From positions 1-40,237 of the forward strand of contig JAZNWG010000428.1 in NCBI GenBank assembly GCA_045593225.1: DNA of 40,237 nucleotides, in the 5' to 3' direction. Positions 1 through 6,943 of the stretch are shown in pieces. Every line of letters starts with the position of its first letter. Positions within the stretch are counted from its first letter, which is position 1. The translations under genes were made by a program, and so were the position numbers. Under the pieces are notes generated by a model, which saw nothing but the letters and a program-made list of their open reading frames with translations, had not been told where the DNA came from and ran no database searches. The DNA is from Oscillospiraceae bacterium (lineage in GTDB: Bacteria; Bacillota; Clostridia; Oscillospirales; Ruminococcaceae).

Positions 1-42
1 TAATCCACCTAGTACTAGGTGGATTACTTCTTTTTTTTTTTA
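1..42 (+). terminator. Perfect 26-bp palindrome followed by T-run (terminator-like)
   Basis: TAATCCACCTAGT|ACTAGGTGGATTA then CTTC and T12. Confidence 0.55.
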
Positions 43-143
43 CAAAACATCAAAACAAAACAATTTTTCTAAAATAATGAATATTATATCGAAAAGCTTG
101 GTTTTTACGAGGCTTGCGCCTCGTCGAGTGTTATATAAAAGCA

Positions 144-172
144 TTGACATAATCATGCTATCATGCTATAAT
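144..172 (+). promoter_or_regulatory. sigmaA promoter with extended -10
   Basis: TTGACA-17 nt-TATAAT with TGn before -10, 28 nt upstream of ORF 201. Confidence 0.9.
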
Positions 173-200
173 TAAAATATAACAGAAAGGACAAGCGACT

Positions 201-605
201 ATGTTCAATAAAAATGCACCCTATTTCGGCATTCTTAATGACATTGACCCCGAAAAGAGGGAAACAGTCATCGACAAGCTTTCGGGTAGATCAATATCTC
301 CGCTTGTCGATCATACCATAGCAAGTGATGTTGTCGAAGAGATAGTCAGACGCGGAGGACGTTTCTACACAGCAGACGAAGCTCGTCAGGCTGCACCGTT
401 CCGCATTCTCCACAACGATGTATTCTGTGCAAGCTACAAGCATCTTCCAGGCGAACCGATACCGTCCAATCCTGCATACGCTGAGACAGACTGGATCGCA
501 ATAACCATCTGGCAATATTGCTACGGCATGTACCTTACCGGACTCCTCAACAAGGGAACATTGACTCTCACAGATCTGATCGAAACAGCTAAAGCCTATG
601 TATGA
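201..605 (+). CDS. hypothetical protein
   Basis: GAAAGGA RBS, own promoter and terminator. Confidence 0.8.
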   Translation: MFNKNAPYFGILNDIDPEKRETVIDKLSGRSISPLVDHTIASDVVEEIVRRGGRFYTADEARQAAPFRILHNDVFCASYKHLPGEPIPSNPAYAETDWIAITIWQYCYGMYLTGLLNKGTLTLTDLIETAKAYV

Positions 606-617
606 CATAGGCTTTTT
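591..617 (+). terminator. intrinsic terminator
   Basis: AAAGCCTATGT-ATG-ACATAGGCTTT plus T-run. Confidence 0.75.
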
Positions 618-646
618 AGTTTATATCAAATGCGTATCAAATTCGC

Positions 647-675
647 TTGATTATTATGCATGCGTGTGATATAAT
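647..675 (+). promoter_or_regulatory. sigmaA promoter
   Basis: TTGATT-17-TATAAT with TGn. Confidence 0.8.
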
Positions 676-769
676 CAAATCAACACGTAAATCGTTCATT
701 AGTCATGTATACAGAAGGCTGTATACGGGTCAGTATTAAAAAATTTTCAATATGAAAGGAAAATTCACC

Positions 770-1012
770 ATGTTAAAGATAATATTAGGTCTGCCTGTGC
801 TCCTTTTCAAAACAGTGCTTCGTACGCTTTCGCTCGCAATCATCACGTTTCCGATTACAGGCTGGTTCATCATACCAGGCATAACAAACGGCGAAACAAG
901 CAAGATGCTGATTACGATCGTTGCTCTGACTGTCATCACCGTCATCCGTGAGATCGTTATATGGGTGAGAGATTACGATACGTTGTGCAACAAATCTATC
1001 GTTTTTTGGTAA
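770..1012 (+). CDS. small membrane protein (2 TM)
   Basis: AAAGGA RBS before ATG 770; two hydrophobic segments. Confidence 0.7.
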   Translation: MLKIILGLPVLLFKTVLRTLSLAIITFPITGWFIIPGITNGETSKMLITIVALTVITVIREIVIWVRDYDTLCNKSIVFW

Positions 1013-1020
1013 ATTCAGTG

Positions 1021-1052
1021 ATAACCGCTCCGAATAGAGCGGTTATTATTTT
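1021..1052 (+). terminator. intrinsic terminator
   Basis: ATAACCGCTC/GAGCGGTTAT hairpin plus T-rich tail. Confidence 0.75.
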
Positions 1053-1121
1053 GTCAAAAATTTAAACATAATTTGCTGATTTGACAAACCTGAATAATAT
1101 CCGTTTTATCACTAATAATGC

Positions 1122-1150
1122 TTGACTTTGTGTAGATTATGTGATATAAT
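1122..1150 (+). promoter_or_regulatory. sigmaA promoter
   Basis: TTGACT-17-TATAAT with TGn. Confidence 0.85.
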
Positions 1151-1193
1151 ATTATCATAAATGAACACGTTTGACAGAAAGAGGGACATAACC

Positions 1194-2081
1194 GTGAAAT
1201 ATTTATTTGTCTGCTCACGACTCATAGCTGATTCAAACGACACGTATCACAGACACTTACTCGGCATCTTATCACAAGACGATAATGGTAAATATAGTTT
1301 TGAATATAAACTAGGCGATGATGAAAACACCGACCATTTGTTGCTACCTATATTTCCACTCAAAAACAAAATATACGATGATCGAGATGCACACCTTTTG
1401 CTTGATGATTATCTGCCATCTGAAAACGATACAGTTTTCATCAAAACTATACTCGCACGAAATGAAATGTCCGAGTACGACGAATGGGAGTGGCTAAAAG
1501 CGTTTGATACAGCTGATGATAACGCTGACACTATACTTTATGAAACATTGCCAAACGATATAATATGTCATGAAGACATATCCGAATACATAAATGATTC
1601 AACGGATGCTGACACTTACGATGATGACGACGAATACGAGAATGTTGATATTGACGATACGGATGATGAGATCGAGGATATCGACGATGACTTATTTGTC
1701 GATAGCGAAGAAATAACATCTGTTAATTTCGGAGACGATGATTCCGATGATCTGGCAGATGACATTTTCGAATCCGAATCGGATACATTCGATGATATGC
1801 TCGACGATCTGTTTGACGATGATTTTGATGATTATGAAATCACAAATGATGAAGAAAATGCGCAGACGGTTGAAACGCCTGCAAAACAACCGGTAAGAAT
1901 AGTTACAAAAACGATCACAAAACGTATCAAGAAACCAAACGACCTTACCGATTTTATAATGCCACCCCCTGTGAATCCGATAGATATCGTGCAACAGCGA
2001 ATAAAACAATTTGAACAAGACGCCAAATTGCGTGAACAACAACGAAACGCAGAATCAACATCGATAATTCGATCAACATGA
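1194..2081 (+). CDS. HipA N-terminal-like domain protein with long Asp/Glu-rich tract
   Basis: GTG after AGAGGG RBS; LGILSQ..GKYSFEY..LLPIFP resembles HipA N-terminal subdomain; about 90-aa acidic region. Confidence 0.6.
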   Translation: MKYLFVCSRLIADSNDTYHRHLLGILSQDDNGKYSFEYKLGDDENTDHLLLPIFPLKNKIYDDRDAHLLLDDYLPSENDTVFIKTILARNEMSEYDEWEWLKAFDTADDNADTILYETLPNDIICHEDISEYINDSTDADTYDDDDEYENVDIDDTDDEIEDIDDDLFVDSEEITSVNFGDDDSDDLADDIFESESDTFDDMLDDLFDDDFDDYEITNDEENAQTVETPAKQPVRIVTKTITKRIKKPNDLTDFIMPPPVNPIDIVQQRIKQFEQDAKLREQQRNAESTSIIRST

Positions 2082-2208
2082 TATAATATGCTTTCAATTT
2101 TGCTAACACAACCATACAACGGCTTGTGCCGTTGTCGGGTTTTTGTTTAGGTTACATCGTATTTCGATACTACATGACCGATAATTTGACAACAAGGAGG
2201 TGAATGAC

Positions 2209-2508
2209 ATGACCAAGTTTGAGTTTATTTCGGCCGTTGCTGAAAAGAGTGGTTTTTCCAAGAAGGAGACCGATACAATGCTGAAGGCTATGATCGAAAC
2301 TATTACTGAGACAGTAGCTAACGGTGAATCTGTACAGTTTGTTGGATTTGGTACATTCAAGGCTCGCGAACGTGCAGCTAGAACCGGTATCAATCCTCAG
2401 ACAAAGGCAAAGATCAAGATTCCTGCGACAATTGTGCCTTGCTTCAAGGCTGGCCAGAACTTCAAGGACGCAGTTGTATCCAAGAAGAGAAAGAAGGCAA
2501 AGAAGTAA
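2209..2508 (+). CDS. hup: DNA-binding protein HU
   Basis: MTKFEFISAVAEK..GFGTF..RAARTGINPQT..F motifs; AAGGAGGTGA RBS. Confidence 0.95.
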   Translation: MTKFEFISAVAEKSGFSKKETDTMLKAMIETITETVANGESVQFVGFGTFKARERAARTGINPQTKAKIKIPATIVPCFKAGQNFKDAVVSKKRKKAKK

Positions 2509-2579
2509 TTGCGTCTTGTCTTGATTCCCGCGCATTCTGCGTGAAAAAAAATATAGAGCTGTAAAAACAGCTCTATCAT

Positions 2580-2655
2580 GTGCTTGTAGCTCAGTTGGTA
2601 GAGCACCAGACTTTTAATCTGGGTGTCTCGGGTTCGATCCCCGACAGGCACACCA
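2580..2655 (+). tRNA. tRNA-Lys(UUU)
   Basis: full cloverleaf, loop CTTTTAA, CCA. Confidence 0.95.
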
Positions 2656-2778
2656 TTTAACATCATGTCTATTAACATTGTAACACCATGCTTAACAATC
2701 ATATATAACAAACAACGATGACAACTTTGTTTGACACCCTTGTTCAACATGCTACTAATCATGAAAGGGGTGAGATTG

Positions 2779-3063
2779 TTGACTACTATTACCGACATCA
2801 GGTTTCGCAACGTGAGTTCTATCGATTCGAATAAACAGCTTCTTGCTAATGTATCTATTATTATCAATAATGACTTCGTGATACATGACGTTCGAATCGT
2901 TCAGAACAACGGCAAAATTTTTGTGGCAATGCCTAATCGTAAAGAGGGTGATTCTTACAGAGATATCGTTCATCCGTTAACAACGGATATAAGAAAACAA
3001 TTCGAGGAAGATATACTCAGCGCATACGAAAGACATATAGCTACAATGGCTGCCATGTCTTAA
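2779..3063 (+). CDS. spoVG: SpoVG family protein
   Basis: ITDIR..FVIHDVRIV..FVAMPNRK..YRDIVHP; TTG start after AAGGGGTGA. Confidence 0.92.
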   Translation: MTTITDIRFRNVSSIDSNKQLLANVSIIINNDFVIHDVRIVQNNGKIFVAMPNRKEGDSYRDIVHPLTTDIRKQFEEDILSAYERHIATMAAMS

Positions 3064-3213
3064 CAACATGAATCGGACCTATGCGATTTAAAATAAGAAT
3101 AAGCGTGGAGTTCGGCGGTACGATAGTCTCCTTATCAAAACCGTCGCTTGCGTAACAATTGTGCACATGCATTTCAATAAATATAATAAAACAATATCGA
3201 AAGGAGAATCACA

Positions 3214-3579
3214 ATGACGTTTGCAGACAAGCAGAAGCGTATTCTGGATAAGCTCTGTGAAACAAACTATTCAAGCTTCGACGGCAATAAAGAGAAAGCT
3301 CTGGATTTCGTGGAAACACATATGCTGACGATTTTCGGCTTTACACCTGATATGACGCGTTTATACATACGAGAAACGGTTCGTGATATTGACTTGACTG
3401 CTGCTAAAAACGAAAATATTTCCAAGGCGGTCATAAGCATAAACGCATTGAACGATTTGTGTCGCGATCTTGGTCTTGAGCCGTTCGTAGACGCAGATAC
3501 GACAAATGCTGAAGCAACAAGCCGACTGATCGGCAAAATGGCTTCTCAGATCTTCAACGCAGGCATCAATAAGCATTAA
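3214..3579 (+). CDS. hypothetical protein, paralog of 3678-4214 (DUF3232-like)
   Basis: shared TNY..FDG..E.AL.F and LGLEPF.D.DT motifs; AAGGAG RBS. Confidence 0.75.
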   Translation: MTFADKQKRILDKLCETNYSSFDGNKEKALDFVETHMLTIFGFTPDMTRLYIRETVRDIDLTAAKNENISKAVISINALNDLCRDLGLEPFVDADTTNAEATSRLIGKMASQIFNAGINKH

Positions 3580-3677
3580 CTCGACTTTACACACCGACAT
3601 CTTGTTTACATTTTATTTTTCATACTTGCTGACACCATTGTTTAACACCATTTGTATCACTACGAGGAAATGACATC

Positions 3678-4214
3678 ATGAGTTTTATCAACAAACAAAA
3701 TGAGCTTCTTCAAGCGTTACACGGTACGAATTATGATTTATTCGACGGTGACCAAGAGGAGGCTCTTTCTTTTTTGCAGGACCAATTTGAAGCAATGCCC
3801 GATTATGCCAATGTTGTAATTCGTGAGCAAATCATGATACCGCTCTGGCAAAGCCGTTGTGAACCTGACGAATATCGAGAAAACATTCAGAGCATAGATC
3901 GATCCCGTCGTATTGCCCATGACAATGCAATCAACAGTATGAACATCGTCAACAGACTCAGCAGCAATCTTGGTCTTGAGCCATTTTTCGATGTTGACAC
4001 AAACGACAGACATGCCGTGGCAGATGCTGTCGGCAGTTACGTCTGTGAGATCTATAATGGTGAAATCGATAAAACATTTGACGACGCTGCTCTTAATCGC
4101 GTACAAGAGTATGATAGCAAAACTATTGCAAAACGCCTCAACGAAAGCATTCAGAACATTGCAAGCAAATTTGGTGATACACAGTTGCTTGACAATGAGC
4201 GAAACTATAGCTGA
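3678..4214 (+). CDS. DUF3232-like helical protein
   Basis: DRSRRIAHDNAI..NRL..LGLEPF motif; family name from recall. Confidence 0.7.
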   Translation: MSFINKQNELLQALHGTNYDLFDGDQEEALSFLQDQFEAMPDYANVVIREQIMIPLWQSRCEPDEYRENIQSIDRSRRIAHDNAINSMNIVNRLSSNLGLEPFFDVDTNDRHAVADAVGSYVCEIYNGEIDKTFDDAALNRVQEYDSKTIAKRLNESIQNIASKFGDTQLLDNERNYS

Positions 4215-4219
4215 AACAA

Positions 4220-4240
4220 ATCAGCGGCTCTGCCGCTGAT
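4220..4240 (+). terminator. GC hairpin without U-tract
   Basis: ATCAGCGGC-TCT-GCCGCTGAT just after stop codon. Confidence 0.45.
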
Positions 4241-4246
4241 CAATAT

Positions 4247-4319
4247 TGCAGATTAGAGAAACGGTCATCTCGCAAGGGTCATCTCCTTGAGACAGTTGGT
4301 TCAACCCCAACATCTGCAT
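4247..4319 (+). tRNA. atypical tRNA-Met-like (CAU), no encoded CCA
   Basis: TGCAGAT/ATCTGCA acceptor, CAAGG/CCTTG stem with GTCATCT loop, TTCAACC T-loop. Confidence 0.65.
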
Positions 4320-4325
4320 TCATTT

Positions 4326-4622
4326 CTTCAGGGCACAGGCTGCAGCCTGTATGAAGGCACATCAGGATGTCCGACACCATGTGTGAGAATCATGCTACCT
4401 AAAAGAACCTAACAGCACGGGCAACATGACAGCTGTGACAGCCGGAGAGACGGCATACCCTTGATTCGATACGACGAAATGCGTCGTTATCTATATTGGC
4501 ACAGTGACGGCAATAGTCGTCGCAAGCAGGGAGACTGTTCAACAGGAACAGCCATGGACAATGACGGCTGGGGCATTTGTCCAAACGAGCAGGCGCTAAG
4601 ATCATCCCTTAACGGCTGAACC
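4326..4622 (+). ncRNA. candidate structured ncRNA
   Basis: no credible ORF; hairpins such as GCCG-GAGA-CGGC, GCAG-GGAGA-CTGT, ACGACG/CGTCGT, CAGCC/GGCTG. Confidence 0.4.
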
Positions 4623-4658
4623 AAAATATATAAATACATTGAAAGGAGATACACGCAT

Positions 4659-4688
4659 ATGTCAAATGGTGGCATTCCTATCTTCTAA
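4659..4688 (+). CDS. micro-ORF MSNGGIPIF
   Basis: GAAAGGAG RBS; same pattern as 19910-19939. Confidence 0.45.
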   Translation: MSNGGIPIF

Positions 4689-4763
4689 AATACGGCGGAA
4701 GACCGCCGTCGGTCAGCTTATCACAACAATACCCTGTCTATGATCATCATAGGCAGACACACA

Positions 4764-4837
4764 TCGGAATTTAGTTTAAGTGATAAAACGCATGATCAAC
4801 ATATCATGAAACACAGGCTCGTGACCTGTAATTTCGA
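4764..4837 (+). pseudogene. degenerate tRNA
   Basis: TCGGAATT/AATTTCGA acceptor, CATGA/TCATG arm, altered T-loop CTCGTGA. Confidence 0.5.
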
Positions 4838-4869
4838 GGTTCGCTTTCTTTGCAACGAACATACTTTAC

Positions 4870-5028
4870 GTAAGTAATAACGAGTGTGCATAGTCATTAC
4901 TTGCTGTCAATCGGTTTTTTCTGGTATTTCTCCGATTGGCACTCCAGTATGCATGGAAACAGCACAATGGGTGCTGCACGAAGCTGATGTAGGTGGGTTC
5001 TCCTAGACCCAAGTGGTTAGCAGCTTCA
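4870..5028 (+). ncRNA. repeated structured RNA motif, copy 1 of 3
   Basis: shares CGAGTNYGCATAG loop, ATGCWTGGAA and RAGTGGTTR with 21121 and 21640; stems covary. Confidence 0.8.
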
Positions 5029-5034
5029 TTTCAT

Positions 5035-5080
5035 GACAGATTTCAATAAACCATGAGTGCAAATCTCATATCTGTCACCA
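5035..5080 (+). ncRNA. tRNA minihelix (acceptor + T arm + ACCA)
   Basis: GACAGAT/ATCTGTC, ATGAG-TGCAAAT-CTCAT, 11-nt linker. Confidence 0.65.
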
Positions 5081-5230
5081 CCGAAACTACCTGTGTGTCC
5101 ACAGGAAAGTCGGCATTTTAAACAAATGAGCAAGGTACAAAAACATCCAGCGGAGCAGTTTAAGCTCGTAAACGGAGAGTTGAAACGTCAGAAGTGTACA
5201 GCTGACACAGGTACTCGAACGCCTTGCTGC
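5081..5230 (+). ncRNA. candidate pseudoknotted ncRNA
   Basis: TACCTGTGT(5088)/ACACAGGTA(5205) crossed by AGCAAGGT(5129)/GCCTTGCT(5221). Confidence 0.5.
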
Positions 5231-5232
5231 AT

Positions 5233-5308
5233 CGGAACTTAGCTCAGTTGGCAGAGCATTCGGCTCATAACCGATCGGTCACAGGTTCGAACCCTGTAGT
5301 TCCGACCA
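5233..5308 (+). tRNA. tRNA-CAU (Ile2 or Met)
   Basis: cloverleaf, loop CTCATAA, CCA. Confidence 0.9.
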
Positions 5309-5311
5309 CAA

Positions 5312-5387
5312 CGGAATTTAGCTCAGCAGGTAGAGCAATGTCTTGATAAGGCAGAGGTCATAGGTTCAATCCCTATAATTCCGACCA
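5312..5387 (+). tRNA. tRNA-Ile(GAU)
   Basis: cloverleaf, loop TTGATAA, CCA. Confidence 0.9.
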
Positions 5388-5457
5388 ACAGCCTGCAGGC
5401 GACTAGGAATGCGTGCCATGCAAGAAACATCTTGCGTGGTGGGCTCCTAGTTTTTAT

Positions 5458-5537
5458 CGGAATGTAAGCTCAACTGGCAGAGCACAATGCGAGCACAGCA
5501 TTGAGGTTTATTGGTTCGATTCCAGTCATTCCGTCCA
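5458..5537 (+). tRNA. atypical tRNA-Cys-like (GCA)
   Basis: 6-bp anticodon stem, loop GAGCACA lacking U33, U73 discriminator, CCA. Confidence 0.55.
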
Positions 5538-5567
5538 GCCGACTTGTCAATGTCGTTAAACTTGATG
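5538..5567 (+). ncRNA. small H-type pseudoknot directly after tRNA CCA (copy 1)
   Basis: 29/30 identical to 21957-21986. Confidence 0.6.
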
Positions 5568-5826
5568 AGCAGAAGCGTGTTCGAAACGTAGTTGCGTCCC
5601 TGATTGCTTTCGAAGTAAGCCCTAGGATGAAAATGGTTCTCATCAAACGCAATACGATCGCTAATCCCCAAGCGGCTATGATGCATATAGCGTCGGGAGC
5701 TGGAACAGGTAAAGTAGCAAATGCATCTTGTGAAATATCGTCAGCGGGTAGGGATATCCCGCAACTAACGTCTCTGAACGATAAATCAGTAGTGTAACAA
5801 CGAAGTTCCCTGTCGTTCAGATAAAT

Positions 5827-5902
5827 GCTGATATAGCTTAGTCGGTAAAGCGGTTGATTCGTAATCAACAGACCAACGGTTCAAGTCCGTTTATCAGCTC
5901 CA
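5827..5902 (+). tRNA. tRNA-Thr(CGU)
   Basis: cloverleaf, loop TTCGTAA, CCA. Confidence 0.92.
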
Positions 5903-6004
5903 AGGAGATGGTTGGTGTTTCCGTTTTCAAACAACTCCTAAACAAATGTCTCTGAACGATAAATCAGTAGTGTAACAACGAAGTTCCCTGTCGTTCAGAT
6001 AAAT

Positions 6005-6080
6005 GCTGATATAGCTTAGTCGGTAAAGCATTTGATTCGTAATCAAAAGACCAACGGTTCAAATCCGTTTATCAGCTCCA
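6005..6080 (+). tRNA. tRNA-Thr(CGU)
   Basis: second copy with compensated anticodon stem. Confidence 0.92.
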
Positions 6081-6292
6081 TTGTCATGTGAAATGAGATA
6101 TGCGACCAGTAGTAACGCCTTAAGTGGATGAGAGATCGCATATCAATAGTCTGTGGAAACAAATTCCGTGAGGTTGTATGCGGCTTGGATTGTAAATCCA
6201 ATGAGAAAGCGTACGTAAAACAAAAGGCGTGTGAGTTACCCGATAACTACCAAACCAGCGTGATAGGTGGAAAGCTTATCAACACATGACAA
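6081..6292 (+). ncRNA. candidate ornate ncRNA
   Basis: 10-bp closing helix TTGTCATGTG/CACATGACAA, internal hairpins, pseudoknot ACGCCTT/AAGGCGT. Confidence 0.65.
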
Positions 6293-6295
6293 ACT

Positions 6296-6403
6296 AAATG
6301 ATCACATTGCACAGAACGACTGTGGTAATCGCAGACGCCAAACAGGAGCCACAAGTAACGTGTGTGACATATTTTTGCAACGTCTGTCAATGTGATTTCA
6401 TTT
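6296..6403 (+). ncRNA. candidate structured ncRNA
   Basis: closing helix ATCACATTG/CAATGTGAT. Confidence 0.45.
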
Positions 6404-6522
6404 GCATCAGTATCATGCCGGAAAATGAGGCTGTGTATACTGTGTATTATAGAGAGAAGTCATATCTGTATAAACACAGTTGTATAGCTGCGATGTTGGT
6501 TCGAGTCCAGCCTGATGCACCA
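6404..6522 (+). ncRNA. tRNA-like RNA with over-long anticodon arm
   Basis: GCATCAG/CTGATGC-ACCA, D arm, TTCGAGT T-loop; 59-nt hairpin in place of anticodon arm. Confidence 0.75.
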
Positions 6523-6537
6523 ATACATTTTATATAT

Positions 6538-6646
6538 GTTCATGTAGCTCAGAGTAGCAACAAAGTCGACGAGCCTTAAGGCGTTGTTCGGTAGAGCGCT
6601 GGCTGAAAGCCGCCAGAGGTCACAGGTTCAAATCCTGTCATGAACA
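6538..6646 (+). ncRNA. tRNA-like RNA with D-loop insertion and 8-nt anticodon loop
   Basis: GTTCATG/CATGAAC, GCTC..GAGC D stem with about 30-nt insert, TTCAAAT T-loop. Confidence 0.65.
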
Positions 6647-6661
6647 CTAATAAAAACACAT

Positions 6662-6817
6662 GGCGATCATTCTCACATCAGATCTCAGCGAGCATACTTG
6701 CTTTGACGCGATGAAATACGGGAACGAGATAGGTATTCTCGAAAAGATCAAAGAGGTATGCATCTTTGATACAAGTACAGTCTGACTGAGGTGGTTCGAA
6801 TCCACTGATCGTCGCCA
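6662..6817 (+). ncRNA. tRNA acceptor/T scaffold carrying a multi-hairpin domain
   Basis: GGCGATC/GATCGTC-GCCA, GGTGG-TTCGAAT-CCACT, TCAGA/TCTGA stem enclosing about 105 nt. Confidence 0.7.
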
Positions 6818-6943
6818 CACGTGAAATTGCAGACTTCGTATCATAAGCAAATTACAGCCATCGGCATTGTACTATGTGAAGATGTCATGCGACAGAGGAC
6901 GAGGACTTCGAGAGGCGGACGTTGCCTGCAATTTCATACATAT

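Larger units (their letters stand above)
5770..6080 (+). repeat. direct duplication of 133 bp (hairpin + tRNA-Thr)
   Basis: 5770-5902 vs 5948-6080 nearly identical. Confidence 0.95.

Noticed and set aside
5100-5115. RNase P RNA from AGGAAAGTC
   Set aside because: No matching 3' P4 strand or other conserved regions found
5538-5567. Theta/HDV-like or pistol ribozyme after tRNA
   Set aside because: Too short for nested P2/P3/P4 or pistol P2/P3, and CCA is already encoded
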